Origin: Octopus sinensis
Lineage: Eukaryota
Assembly: GCF_006345805.1 (NCBI RefSeq)
Contig: NW_021831875.1
Coordinates: 1 to 63,530, forward strand
Length of the DNA stretch: 63,530 bases
Reading direction: 5' to 3'
Positions 24,721 through 41,504 of this stretch are shown here, one piece after another. Each line of letters begins with the position of its first letter. Within the stretch, counting starts at the first letter, position 1. Both the position numbers and the translations under genes were made by a program. The notes under the pieces were generated by a model that was not told the DNA's origin, did not search any database, and saw nothing but the letters and a program-made list of their open reading frames with translations.

Positions 24721-26910
24721 AATTGTATGAGTCTGTGTGTGTTTGCGTGTGTGTGTGTGTGTGTGTGTGCTTGTGCGTGTGCGCGCGCGTGTGTGTTTGC
24801 GTGTGTGCGTGCGTGCGTATGTGTGTTCTCAGACTAAAAGTGACAGCAATTATTGCGTGCAAATTTTTTAAAATATAGAAAAACTGGAAGAACGAATGGA
24901 AAAATTCGGAAAGCATGTGTTGCAATATTCACATGTATATACACATATGTATGCGCATGGTGTTTGTGTGTGTATAATATCTGTGTGTGTGTGTACATAC
25001 ACACACTGGACCATAGTGTGTGAGCCATTATAAGTTTACTCTCAGACTTTTCCCAGCAGCAAGTATGTGCAAGAATCTAAATTATCATAGCCTGATTGAA
25101 CGTGTATGATTGTCATCAATTATTTCAACACGACTAAAAACAACGGATGATCAGTAATATCTTAACATCTAGTTGAAAAAAGAATTTTAAACGGTGATAC
25201 TGCTCATCATCTATACATTAATATAATGTTAAATTTTTCAGTTCAGTTGAATAAATTAATCTGTGGGGGGAAGCTGTGTAGAGTTCTTGTGCAAAATACA
25301 GAGATTATGATGTTTTTAAATATACAGTAAATGAAAACTCGTGTTAATAAATCTAACTTCAAGTATACATTGATATATCTCTTTGTAAATTTCATTTTTT
25401 TATAATATATAGTAAAAGTATACTTTGCATTTTAGCTTTTGTTTTTATTTTATATTTTATTTATTTATTTTTTTGACGTGATTAATGAGAGCTTATGAAA
25501 TAGAATTATATTTCCAGTTCAGCTTAACAAAATAGAAATGTTATGTAAGGCTTTATATTAATTCGTGGTTTTAATATTTTTATCTTTATATATGTCTTAC
25601 AAATCATGTATAAAGAAAAAAGGCTCCGAGTTTTGTTTTAAATTTTAGCTAATTTAATAAATTTTATAATCAATAGTTGTATAATTATTATACAAATCAT
25701 ACAAAACATATAAACTGAATGAAGACTATAGATTTTTTTTAATTTTCGTGTTTTTAGTTGCTGTTGAACGAAAGATATTCTAGCCGTTGTACTGTGAATA
25801 ATAACACAATATGATCAACAGGAAGATCTTTAAAACTACAGTTTTTGTTTTTTTTTCAATTTTCATTCTCAGTGCGTCTGGAAATCAGAATATATTCATT
25901 TATCGTGTTTCATTTTAACTAGGGCATGGATGCTTGTCAAAATGTTTGCCTTTCCAAATTCACTCCAAGTTTCCAATTACTTTTCTTGTAACTGCAGTTT
26001 GATGGAAGTTCCAAAAGATCACATAGAATTGATATAGCGTTGTTAAAGTCAAGTTGAAGACCCTCATGATGACCAAGGTCCTCCAATTTACATTCAATTG
26101 TATTAGGGGAAGGGATTTCTAGTATTCTTGTATTAGCGAAATAACATACCTGATTTGAGTCTGCTAGCGTTAATTTCTTCCACTTTCAACGAGCCTCACA
26201 ACGAGCAACAACACCTGAAGACAGATATAAGATATTTGTGTACTCAACATCAAATGCGTTAAACATACTTATCACACCAATGATGCCCCCTGCATCCTTC
26301 TCATCGCATTAAGCCCTCCTTCTGTCTAGATATTTTCTAGGTCGTTCATTATCCTCTTTTTCAGCATTGTATGATGACTTTCAATCGCTTCAATTTGAAC
26401 TCGCACTCATCACTATTACACATAGTGTTAATGCAGTGATCAGTACGACAAACCTAATAAAACGGTGAACACAGTGGTTTGCACAAACTTTCGTGGAGTG
26501 AAAATTTTACTGGTGTTAAACAACACCTTTTTCCGATACAGAGGTGAAATCTCGTTTGAGGCCTTATGTTACTATCTAGCAACATTTGTCCCATTATAAA
26601 TGCTTCAGAATTTTTTTTGGTGCTTTTCTAAACTTTGAATAAATTATTTTAATACCCGAAATACTTACTTCAATCTGTTTTATGAATTTTTCACAGAAAT
26701 ATAGCTATCTTTTCATATAAGTATAAGCTATCTTTTATTCATTTGATAATTTTTATATCACTTTTAACGTTCCATAGTTTTATTTTAATTATAAAGATCT
26801 TCTGAGTTTTCATGAAACAAAAAGCCAAAAGTGCGTGTGTATGTGTGTCTATGTATGTATACCTGCACACACCACACACACACACACAACACACACCACA
26901 CACACACACT

Positions 26911-26942
<32 letters not shown>

Positions 26943-27185
26943 GATTATGTGTGTGGTGTGTTGCATGTATACATACATAGACACACAAGACACACATACA
27001 CATATCATATACATATATATATGTATGCATACATATATATATATCACCGTGATCACCGTGACCGACCAGGCTATCAGATGTTGATACACATCGCTGGTCA
27101 CAATGCGCTTCGCATTGTTTTAGCTTCAAACGACTCCACCCCGCTGGCTAAGCGAGCAGGCCACACATATATATATATGTATATA

Positions 27186-27270
<85 letters not shown>

Positions 27271-28419
27271 ATATATATATATATTATAATATATATATAT
27301 ATATTGTGTGTGTGTGTGTGTTGTACATATGTATATATGTATATATAAGCCTGCTGGATCTCGTATTCTACCATAGGCAACACGTTTAGAAGATATTCAT
27401 TGCTTTTTTTTTGTAGTTAGAACTCCACTAAATCAATGTGGTGAAAAAGCTTTGCATGCTGTAGCTGCGAAACGCAAGCTATGGATTTGCGGTTTTACTG
27501 TTTAGTCAATGTTAGCAACGGAACCTAAATTTTTACCAACAATAGGAGGTATGAGAGAATATGTTCCGGTGAAGGTTCTTTCCATCGAGGTACGTAATCT
27601 CTTTCGCAAGAGTTTCCTGTCGGGAGATGAGAGACAGCTTCCAAAAGTTCTTGCCGGAACTACGGAAAGTATTACCCGTTCGGATTAAATCCTGCAGACA
27701 TGATTGCATCATCCAATGCCAGTAGAATGACAAAACCATTCCGTAGATATTCACTATCGAAACCTCACTGACGTTTCCATGCATAATGATAAGTTCTTGT
27801 AAGATGAAAAATGAAATACGCTTGTCAACTTTGCCCTCCTTTTCTTGGCTGGCAGTTTCCCTCTGCTATGGCGGAAGAGGGAACAAACTGTAATCAAGAG
27901 ACAGAATACAAAAAGGTCTTTTCAGCTCTGAAAAAAAATGTTGTTCATTAAACCTTCTTTATTATTATTTTTTTTTTGTCTGACACTCAACAGGCGTTTA
28001 TTGGGTTTTTTTTTTTCCTTTCTCGTATCTTAATGCATCACAAACCAAATATGGCATGATGTGTATAAATCTCTGAAATGTATTAATTTATTTATTTGTT
28101 TATTCATTTTTGTTACAAGTGACAAATGTTATGCTACCTATCAATGAACATAGCTTGTCCTAGATTAGCCAGAGAGTGTAATTTACACAAGGCGGGGGGG
28201 GGGGACTTTTTGCAAAGTATTTGACCTTAAAAAAAAAAAGTAGTTATTGCATCGGTTCTATTTAGTTGTTGTTGTTGTTGTTGTTGTTGTTTTTTCTGTT
28301 TTAGTAATCTGTGCTCAGCATAATCCTGAACGGATTCATATTAATTAAGCGTTTACTACTAAATACTGAGAAATATTTTTGTCTCCAAAATGTCAGTTCC
28401 CATTCAACGTGGCTGCTAC

Positions 28420-28588
28420 TGCTCACGTTGCTGCTGTTACTACTGCTGCTGCTGCTGTTACTGAAACACTACTACTACTATTACTAATACTACTGCTACT
28501 GCTGCTGATGTTGCTGCTGCTGCTGTTGTTGCTGCTGCTGCTGCTACTACCACTACTACTACTACTGCTGCTGCTGCTACTACTACTA

Positions 28589-28663
<75 letters not shown>

Positions 28664-29170
28664 ATGTTTACTGTTGATATCGTTGCTTTTGTGGATCTGG
28701 TTGTTATGGATGATGGTGGTGATGATGATGATGATGAAGTGGCGAAGGCGAGGAGCAGGAGCAGGATGGATGACGATGGAGGTGATCGTGGTGGGGACGA
28801 ATGTGGCGGCGTAAGTGGTTGTGGATTTGCTGGTGATGGAGTGGTGGAAGTGGTGGTAACGTTTACACCGTTGACATGGTAAGGGTGGTGGAGTTGTTTA
28901 TCATGATGACGATTAAAATGTTGACGATGTTAAGATGACGACATTTATGATGACGCTAGCAACGACACTGATAATGATGATGATGATGATGACGACGACG
29001 ACGACGACGACGATAGACACAATTATGATCATGGTGATCATGAAGATGGTGGTGGTGGTGATGCTGGCAGTTGCGATGATGATGATGATGATGACAACGT
29101 CGACGAATGACAGTGATGAACATGCCCTCATCATTGTTACTATTGTTTTTGTTGTTCTTGTTGTTGTCAT
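28420..29170. repeat. Compound trinucleotide repeats (CTA, CTG, GAT, GTG, GTT)
   Basis: Direct sequence; source of the poly-Leu and poly-Met pseudo-ORFs. Confidence 0.9.
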
Positions 29171-29940
29171 TGTTATTGTTGCTGTTTATCCTTGTTTTAT
29201 ACTGGTAAATGTCATTCTTCCATCAGGGCTTCAGAGCTAGAGGTTAGTTTTGCAGTGTAAGTATCGGGTATCAATCCCAGCCTCTGATTCGCTCACCAGG
29301 TGCAGCTCTCTGAATCAGTGTTTACAACCCCCGCACTGTCCTTAACATATTAGTCAGTACAACACACCCACCCACACACTTACATATAGCCTACACATGC
29401 GTGTACGCACACATCCCAAAGAGATATCTGTGTACCACAATTCCAATTTTGACAAGCAAAACTACAAAATTCAAAACCAAGAAAAAAATAAAATAAATTG
29501 AAAAAGAGACAATTACTTTAAGAATTTGTTACTCTTTTGTAGTAATTATTGTTGTTGTTGTTGTTTTAGGTTTTATATTTATGCATGTTGTTTACTTATT
29601 TTGCTTCTTGCTTTTGCTTATGTCTTTAGGTCTAATGAATTTCTGTTTTCTGGAAGAAATGCCCCAGGTTCTAACAACTCCACCATTCCTGTTGTTGGTT
29701 GTCGATTAGTAAATTATAAACGTTTTACCGTAACAGATTCAAGAAACATGCCTGATACACAGAATGGATAAATACTCCTCATGTATAGAAACACAGACAC
29801 ACACTGATACATAAACAAAACGCACACATACACACACACATACATATGCACGCAGTATATTGCTTATATGCTTCCACGCGCATTCAGATGAACGCAAATG
29901 TATTTGTATATGGTGCGTTGTCGTCGGATACATGATACAG

Positions 29941-30166
29941 ACGAGGAACAGGAGATACTAAAAAGCTCCTGGCTTTAAGGGTGTCGCGAAAGCTCAGGTT
30001 GGAGGTCCGAACTTCCGAGTTATTTTACAGGGCTTAGAAAAACTGACAGGACTACTGCAATAAATGTGTGAATATGTGAGGGGAATATTTTGAATAAAGT
30101 CGTAACATACCGATCCTCTTGTATTTTCTTTTACTCAAAACCAGGAAATTTTAGCACCCGCTCGTA
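29941..30166. mobile_element. Mariner-derived MITE (~225 bp)
   Basis: Degenerate TIRs acgagg...ctaaaaagctcctggcttt and aaaaccaggaaattttagcacccgctcgta; same family as 52469-52689. Confidence 0.75.
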
Positions 30167-30214
30167 AGTTAGAAGTAAACATTATGAAGGATAGACGCAT
30201 AGTCAGATTAAGGA

Positions 30215-32900
<2,686 letters not shown>

Positions 32901-32904
32901 TAGG

Positions 32905-33135
32905 TAGATAGATATGTCTCTTTATTAGCCACACAGGCTGCACACAGATAGAACAAATTACAAGGTAGAGCTTTTCTTTTGAAGGTTTAAAAAAAAACAA
33001 AAAAGGAAGGGGGAGTTTCGATCAAAAGGGATCGTAAAAGGAGAGAAAGAGGACAAAAATAAGGGGGGTTAAAAAAATGGGGGAGAGGAAAAAAAAAAAT
33101 TGATCAATAGGGATCGTTATCACAGAAATGTCAAT
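32905..33135 (-). mobile_element. 3'-UTR-only stub of the same Tx1 subfamily, directly upstream of copy B
   Basis: gatagatatgtctctttattagccacacaggctgcacacaga...gatcaaaagggatcgtaaaag...gatcaatagggatcg repeats 30450-30650. Confidence 0.85.
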
Positions 33136-33276
33136 ACACAGTCACACAGATAGACAGAGACTGTCAGATAGAGAGACAAGGAGAGAGACAGAGAGACAGA
33201 GACATAGAGAAAGTGATTGAGTGATTGTTTGACAATCTGAGTGTAAATTAAGATGTGTTTGTTTCAGAATTTTTGT

Positions 33277-33329
<53 letters not shown>

Positions 33330-33878
33330 TGCTTGCCTTTATAATTTATTATATCAAAGCTGACGGTCTGCTGTTAATTTGGCTCAGGACTGAGCTGCTG
33401 ACAGCTGAGAAGCCTGCAGTTTTCATAACATAGACCTTGGAGGAGTTTTCATAACATAGACCTTGGAGGAGCCTGTGTAGCTGGGTAGCTAATGCCTTTG
33501 GATACTAATATAAGAATTATCTAGAAAGTTATTGGAAAGGTGCGTTTAAGTATGTATACGTGGTGACACACCTGCTCTCTTCTAATTGCATTATCTTGAG
33601 CCGTAAGAGAAATTTTCAAGGAAATTTGAAATAGTGGGACGACTTTTGTTTCAGTTTAAAGAATTAGGACGCAACCGACATTTTAAAGGGAGATTAAATG
33701 GTTAAGATTGGTTCTGTTCTGGTTCAGAGAACAAATTCATAGCCTTCTAAAGGTTGATGCGAGGGCGTTGTTTGCGTTGAATGGATAAAAGAATAATGGA
33801 CGACATGTGGCCCAAATTTTGCGAACGTGTATAAACGGACATCATTTACTGACTCGTAAAAAAAACTTTACTGTCTCC

Positions 33879-33954
<76 letters not shown>

Positions 33955-34227
33955 GTCTGTCTCTCTGTTTATCTATCTATCTATTTATCAGTCTGTCTCT
34001 CAGTCTGTCTCTCAGTCTGTCTGTCTAGCTGCCTATTTATCTATCTGCCTACCTATCAATCCATAGATCAATCTAAAAGGCTTAGAAACAAATACTTTCC
34101 TCTCTGGCCAACTTCCCATCAACTTCTTCAAGCATTACGTGAAAGGGAAGATAAGAGTAGACAATGAAGTTTTATCCCATGGAAGGTGTAATAAAAAAAG
34201 TGCTATTATACTTACACACACACACAC

Positions 34228-34298
<71 letters not shown>

Positions 34299-34613
34299 AA
34301 TATGATCACTATGTGGATTCCTTGTAAGCTAAAAATTAACGTCAAACCGTCTTACCACGAAATCTGTGTTCTCAAATTAGCAAGACGCTAGATGTTTACG
34401 AGGTAGACAAATGAAAAGAAATAAACATAGCACTTATTTCCATATCTTAAGGCTTCGTCATAAACAATTCAATAATTGTCTGTGTCTCCTCAGCTGTTTA
34501 TATTTTAATATTTATATATATATATATTAATATCTTGATATTTATATTTTAATACTTTTAGTATACGCATCCGCATTTCGCTAATGAATCATAAATCTTT
34601 ATGGTAAAAATAC

Positions 34614-34754
34614 ATACGCCGACAGCCGGATTTAGCCAAATCCTTGAGCGTTTGAGTAGTGACTACTGACGAGCCTACGTCTGCTAGCCGAAACTACTCC
34701 TGTCTAGTGATTCCAGAGACGCTCATGGGGCGGTTATCACCCCTGTCAGCGTAT
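34614..34754 (+). repeat. 141-bp unit with 12-bp terminal inverted repeats and an HHR-like core
   Basis: ATACGCCGACAG / CTGTCAGCGTAT ends, with CTGACGA at 34666 and GAAAC at 34690. Confidence 0.5.
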
Positions 34755-34856
34755 ATATATTTTTAACTCTTTTTTTCTAACAATATAAGTGCTTCGGCTC
34801 CCTCAGTCACAATTAGTGACGATAAAATTACATATGTATATACACACATACACAAA

Positions 34857-34887
<31 letters not shown>

Positions 34888-34994
34888 CATACACACACAC
34901 ACCACCATCATCACACCACACAACACAGCACATATATGTATTATGCTGAACAGACATCAACATACACATTTATAGATACACATATTCATGCAAT

Positions 34995-35034
<40 letters not shown>

Positions 35035-36044
35035 TATATATATATATTATTATATTACTTGCTAAGAGAAGGAGTAAGGAGTAAATGTGAGTGGACATAG
35101 ATTTGAGATAAATATACCGTTAGACTGAGATAAATAGACATGCAGCCAAACATATAAATAGTCAAATAAAGAGATAGAGAAATACTTGTGCAAGTAAGAG
35201 AGTAGATAGAAACGTAGATGGATTGGTTTAGTAGGTGATTAGATCGGTGATCGGTTATGTCGGTTTGAAAATTGTTCGAAAGTTCCAAGGTAGTTAGGTA
35301 GGTTAAGAAGGCGATGAATAACTATAGACAGTTTTAGGTAGTTAACTGACTATAAATATAGATAGTTTGTGTGTGGTGCGCATGTTTGTACATCTGTGCT
35401 TGTGGCCTGTAGTTTGTGTTCGTGTATGTGTGTGCATGTGTGTATGTGTCTATATCTGCGTTTTTGTGACCGTTTGTTTGTAGATGTTGTCCGTGTGTTT
35501 ATCTGCGTATGTTCAGTGTTAAAGCATTTAATGAATATCCAAGCACAGGAAAATTCACCCAGGTGGAATCGAATTTATACCCTTCATAGCTCCACAGAAA
35601 GCCTCGAACATTAATTTATTGGACACGACTAGTAGTATTCAGCCGGAATATGACAAGTGTGCGTTCGATCGCAATCTGACTAATTCATTGATATTGTTTG
35701 TTTGTTTGTTTCTTATTCACTTTTTACAATTATTTATTTTTATTTTTATTTTTAATCATCGTGTTTATCCATTAAGACGGATGATAATCTAGGACAAAAG
35801 AACTTATGACAAAAAAAATAGGAAAAGAAGAAACAAAAAAATATGACGACTCCAGCCTTGAATTTCAGTTTGTATTAAGATATATGAAGACATGGTAATT
35901 CTTTGATTTCGGTTAACCTTTTCTTTTTTTTTTAACTGTTGAATGATAAAGAATCCAAGGAATTTTAAAACAAAAAATAAAAACGCATTTCTTCCCAGAT
36001 ATACAGAAAAATATTGGCGTGTCTGTATGACGTTTACTCCCAAC

Positions 36045-36150
36045 AACATGGTTACGAGTTCATTCCTACTGCATGGCACTTTGAACAAGTGTCTCCTACT
36101 ATAGCCTCGAGCTGAAAGAAGCCCGTCATATATATATATATAGATGTGTG
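36045..36150 (+). mobile_element. tRNA-SINE head fragment
   Basis: ggttacgagttcattcctactgcatggcactttgaacaagtgtctcctactatagcctc, a B-box-like segment followed by SINE body. Confidence 0.55.
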
Positions 36151-36644
36151 TATTTTTCCCTTGTTAACAATAGCGTTCAGTTAATCACTATACAAATCCA
36201 TGATATTCTGTTAAAATGTCTTATTGACGAGTTTTATTTCTTCATTTCCTAAAGAGAAGATTACATTGTTTTACACCATTTTATTCCTCTGGAATAATAC
36301 CAGTGATAACTTCGAAATATGTGTCGGAAGTAAAAGAATTGGAATAACACCTGTGTTTAACTCCATTTATATGTATGTATATGTATGTATATATATATAT
36401 ATAATAAATATATATATATATAATATTAAAAGGAAATGAAGAAAATGCTGACAAAATAATTTAAGTAAGGGAGAGCGTATTTAATTAGGTGAAAGTTCTT
36501 TTTACCGGTTGCGCATTGTTATGCTTATCAAAAGATATTTTTTTAAGAGAGATAGAGTTCCTTTCTGATAGATTTTTTTCTCTTATCAGCATTTTCTTCA
36601 TTTCCTTTTTTTTATATATATCACAACTCGTGTTCCACATCTCC

Positions 36645-36698
<54 letters not shown>

Positions 36699-36710
36699 AT
36701 CTATATATAT

Positions 36711-36756
<46 letters not shown>

Positions 36757-37104
36757 ATATACATATATGACGGAATCTCCAGTGAGTGTTCAGTTTTTTG
36801 CCGAATGATCTGCATAAATGAATTGTTTTTTAAGATCAATTTATGTGTTGTACATTATCTCATTCCCTTCATCAACTCGACGTTGTCTGACCAGGTGCAT
36901 GGTGTACCACGATTCAATGGAAGAAGAGACACAGACAAGCAAGTGAGATGAAGTGCTTTGCTCCAGAACAAAACGCACCACACTGTCAAGCAGTCCCCAA
37001 TAATACGTATGTAGGTAGAGGTGTGGATGTGTGTTTGTATGGGTGTGTTGGTGTGTGGGTAGGTGTGTATCATGTGGTTGCTTGATAATGATGATGATGG
37101 TGAA

Positions 37105-37187
<83 letters not shown>

Positions 37188-37257
37188 GGGTGTGGTGGTG
37201 GTGGTGGTGGTGGTTGTGATGATAATAATGACGATGATGATGATGATGATGATGATA

Positions 37258-37815
37258 ATTGCTCTGATGCAGTACGAGGCAGTGGCTCTCATGGCTTCTG
37301 ATCTTAACTGATTGGAAGTGTTATCATGTACATTGTTTTGTCTTGGTATAAAAGATGGGCTACAGCAAATATTCTGCTCAATACCACAGATTTGTTTGTC
37401 AGTTGTTTGACCTTAACCAGTTGAGCATGTCCCTTAATGGCTGACGATATGTGCATCTCTGATCACGAGCAGAAGTAGTGGGGGAACATCATAGCCGTGT
37501 GTTCAGAGGGATTCTTTAGAGTTTGAATAATTCACCTTTGGAAACATAGGGGTTTCGTTCAACATCCTTAAACAAACCCTTATTCAGCGACATTTTGAGC
37601 GGGATGAGTTACTCGACCAAAAGAAAATTCTAACTGGGCCCCACCTGCAAGGTCATGTGCTGTTTATCTTGATATGAAATCGCCATGTCGCGCACATATG
37701 GTTATGATGAATGTGCCTGGTGTACCCTTATCGGACGGGTAGTCTTGATGGGTATGCTGGGCTTCGTATATTTTACCCCAGTGTCACTTTGATGGAATGC
37801 ACTGCTCTCTCGCTC
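37258..37815. repeat. ~555-bp unclassified interspersed repeat, copy 1, flanked by (GAT)n and (AAT)n
   Basis: Colinear and about 90% similar to 45779-46336; no ORF or TIR evident. Confidence 0.9.
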
Positions 37816-37881
<66 letters not shown>

Positions 37882-37897
37882 CATAATAATAATAATT

Positions 37898-40800
37898 TAT
37901 GCTTTTTATTGGCCACAAGAGCTGACAACATGATTACATAAAGGGACAAAACAGGACGAAAGGTTACAAAGGGTTTTGTCCGTTTTTGAAAAATCCGAGT
38001 AAAAACTTTATAACAATTAAAAAATTAACAATGAAAAACTCCCAAAAGGGGGAGGCGTTACGAAAGGTTCCTGGTGGAAAAAACCCTATAAAAGCCAACG
38101 GGAGCCTGGTCAAAAAAAGGGTGTAGAGAGTCCCTTTTTTCTCCTTTTGTATTACCTTTTTGAAATCACAGGCGAAACCTGAGAACTGGTCCATTTATAC
38201 TGGCCAGTCTCGCACAATTCACCCACCTTTCATAAAACTTGCTATCGGACAGCACTTTCCTCTCTAACCTCATCTTCCTTTTCAAGTGAAACTTGAAAAA
38301 GTTGATGAGGCCTTGACCGAAGAGGAAAGTGTCTGACACTTTCAAACGAGTCCACCATACAACTTCTTTTGCCACAGCCACTAGACACAAGAAAACGGCC
38401 TCGCCCTCCTTGTTAAAGGAGGTCGGCGGGGCAATCTTCACTATAGATTCGGCCGATAGTCGGATCCGTCCTACACGTGACAGTAGCTGTTCGACATAAA
38501 CCCATATTTCAGCAATACTCAGGCACTGGACGAGTGCGTGCAGAACGGTTTTGTCGTCCTGGCAACACCTCGGGCAGGCCCGGCTGACGGCACTTACGCG
38601 CCGGTAGAGTTTATCTCGAACAGGCAGAGCCCCTCGGTAGCACTGCCAGGCGAGTGACCTCTGGAAATTATCCATCGGCCCCGGCCCGAAAGTCCTCCCG
38701 AACAGACCGCTCAGTTCGTCATCTTCAACGCCTAGAGTTTCCCCGAGAAGCGGTCGTTGACAGCAGATGGATCGCCTGACCAGTGGCACCTGCCCCTTCC
38801 ACAAAAAAATCGAAGAGCAGGCGTACCAGCTTGGCCAACCAGCGGTCGGGACAAGGGACGACGGTCAAGCGGTAGTAGATGACGGATGCGATGTACGCAT
38901 TCGCCACCTCCGCTCGACCTTTCAGGGAAGCTTCCTCTCGGCCCATTTCTGGGTGAGACGTGCCACCCTGTTCGTCACCTCTTCCCAGTTTTTATCCACC
39001 TGGAGGTCCGGACCGAACCAGACCCCGAGCAGTTTAACGGGTCCGTCTGTCCAGCGCCCTACGACGCTGTTGGACGGCATGGGCTTGCCTCTCCAGGTGC
39101 CCAGTTGCAAGCCCACAGACTTTTCCGCGTTAATCTTTGCCCTGTCACCGCTTCGTACTCGTTTAGTGTCTCGCCAATCAGGCCAATGTGCCTGTGGCTC
39201 GACACTATCACGGTGACGTCGTCGGCATAGGCAGACACGCTGTTTCCGCCTCCTAGATCACGCGGGATACCCCTCAAAGCCTCCAACTTGCGCAGTAATG
39301 GCTCGAGAGTCAAATGTACAAGAGGGAGGAGAGAGGGCATCCTTGGCGGACCGAATGCGAGATGTCGAACGGTTCCGAAAGGTGACCGTTCACCCGTATC
39401 ACCGAGCAGATGTTGCTGTATAAAGCAACCCGCGGAAGACTGGACCGAAGCCGGCTGCCTTGAGAACAGCTGCCAGGTACCGATGGTCGACCCTATCGAA
39501 GGCTTTACTCTGATCCAAGTTGATCAAAGCCCCATCCGCGCCAGCGTCGTTACCCACCCTCTCTATGATGTGGCGCATGAGATGGAGGTTGTCGTGTATC
39601 GACCTGGTCGGCACGGCGAATGTCTGCGTCCCGCCGACCAGCTTGTCCACGACAAGCGCCAATCTCTTAGCTAGCACCTTGGCCAAAATCTTCAACTCTG
39701 CATTGAGCAGAGTGATGGGCCGGAAATTCCCTATAACGTCCCCCTTGTTTGGGTCCTTCTTCAGCAAAGCCACCACCCCTCGACAGACAAAAGCAGGAAT
39801 TCTCCCGTTTTGCTGCCAGTTGCAGTAGACGTTTGCCAACAGGCCCGCAAACAAGTCTGGCATTGAAACGTAAAGCTCGTAGGGCAGACCATCCAAACCC
39901 GGCGATCTACCTCTCGTGCACCTCTTCATCGCTTCCTCCACTTCCCAGGCAGATATCGGTCCTTCGCAGCATTCTGCCTCGCTGTCCGAGAGTTGCGGTA
40001 GGCCGTCCAGGTACACACCGAAGTCTCCACCGTTGTCCGTTCCACCGCTCGTCCCAAACAGTTGAGCAAAGTGCCGCTGAAGCACCGTACACATCTGCTT
40101 CGGTTCGGTAACCTCGCGCCCGTTCTGGTCCACCAAAGACCGAATGGTTGCTTTGTTGCCTCGCTTCGCCTCCGCCACGCGGGCCCATCGAGCGGCTCTA
40201 GCCCCTCCCCGCTTAGCGAACGTGCCTTAGCTCTGACAACGCAGCCTTCGTGTTTGGCGTCGAAGTGTTGGTCGAGGGCCAACCTTGCCGCCAACACGTC
40301 GGTCGCAATGCCAGTGTCAAGAGCCTCGTCTAGTTTCTTAACTAAATCCCGCTCTCTCTTCCTACGTTCAATAGCTAGAGTCTTACTATACCTAATCGAC
40401 TCTTCTCTAATTGCTCTCTTGAGGGCAAACCACCAGTTGTTGTTCAATACCCAGCAGTTCAATACCCAGTTCTTTTCTCTTACCCTCCGAACATTTAGAA
40501 TAGCGGCAGTGTCCTCTATGCCATAGAGGATAGCCGCCACTAGCCATGAGATGTTAAGTTCGGGGGGTATTGTATTTATTCTTATTTTTTGGACCCTACG
40601 CCCGAGGTACGTTGGCACGAGGAACAAATTTTCATTTTGCAAGGGCGAGATGGCATGCGCCCTTGCTTGCTCCTCTGTTGGGAAGCGAACCTCTACGGTT
40701 CCGAACCGCTTCCCTCTGGTCACATAGCTCTTTTTGCTCCATATGGGCTTTAGAGCCATTTCTAATTGTTGCGGTGTGGCGTTAAATAGTCTTTTAGTTT

Positions 40801-41504
40801 TCTTGTCGAAAACTTTGTAAAAAATACTTATTTTGTTGGTGTCATGTATGAGTTGTTGAGGTGTGTTGAGGAAAACACTGTTTCCCTCTTTTCTCAACAA
40901 CTCTTTTGCCATTTTAATATCCTCTATGGAAACTTTTACTTCGCCCGAAATCTCCTTCCCAGCTGAAGCAAAACCTTTGGAAATATCTTCATTTCTCTCT
41001 TCTTTATTTGTTACTTTGTTATTCATTACATTCCCTTCCTCCCCCTTCGGTGCTTTAACATTAGCTGTAGGCAGAGGAGGGAAATCTAAAATGGCGTCGA
41101 AAGTGACGTCTTCTTTTTTGTTCTCATTTGGAACGTTTTGCTTTCCAGCACGTTCCATTACAATGTTTCCTTTGCCTTTTACGGCGCGAAATGGGCGGTT
41201 CGGAACCGCTAATAAAATTTTTTCTTCTTGTGGAGGGGGTGGTGTAAAAAGAATGGAAGAGCCAGCTGCTCTTTTTAACGACATTTTGGGAAATGTTCAA
41301 TGTGACAAAATGCAAAAGTAAATGTTTCAAACAGTGATTTCACCCCAAAAGGGGTAAAATTTTGCCTAGCCAACCAGCTCCGTAAAAAGTTAGTTAGCTT
41401 GGCCACACAAATATTCAAAAATGCAACTTATAAACAAATTTCCAATCAAATTGGCACAAAACTTACGCCGCTTCTGGAGATACGTCCATCCGCTTTGAAA
41501 GAAA

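Noticed and set aside
22052-24837. Long His/Tyr/Ile/Thr or Met/Tyr/Val/Cys ORFs here and at 12-13, 49, 51 and 55 kb
   Set aside because: They are stop-free frames of (CATA)n, (CA)n and (AT)n repeats.
25930-26480. Protein-like minus-strand frame and a 65-nt AG/GT-bounded segment (26150-26214)
   Set aside because: The segment has stops in all three frames, and the longer frame has several stops and no recognisable motif.
28379-29240. Poly-Leu, poly-Met and poly-Thr ORFs resembling membrane proteins
   Set aside because: They are translations of trinucleotide microsatellites.
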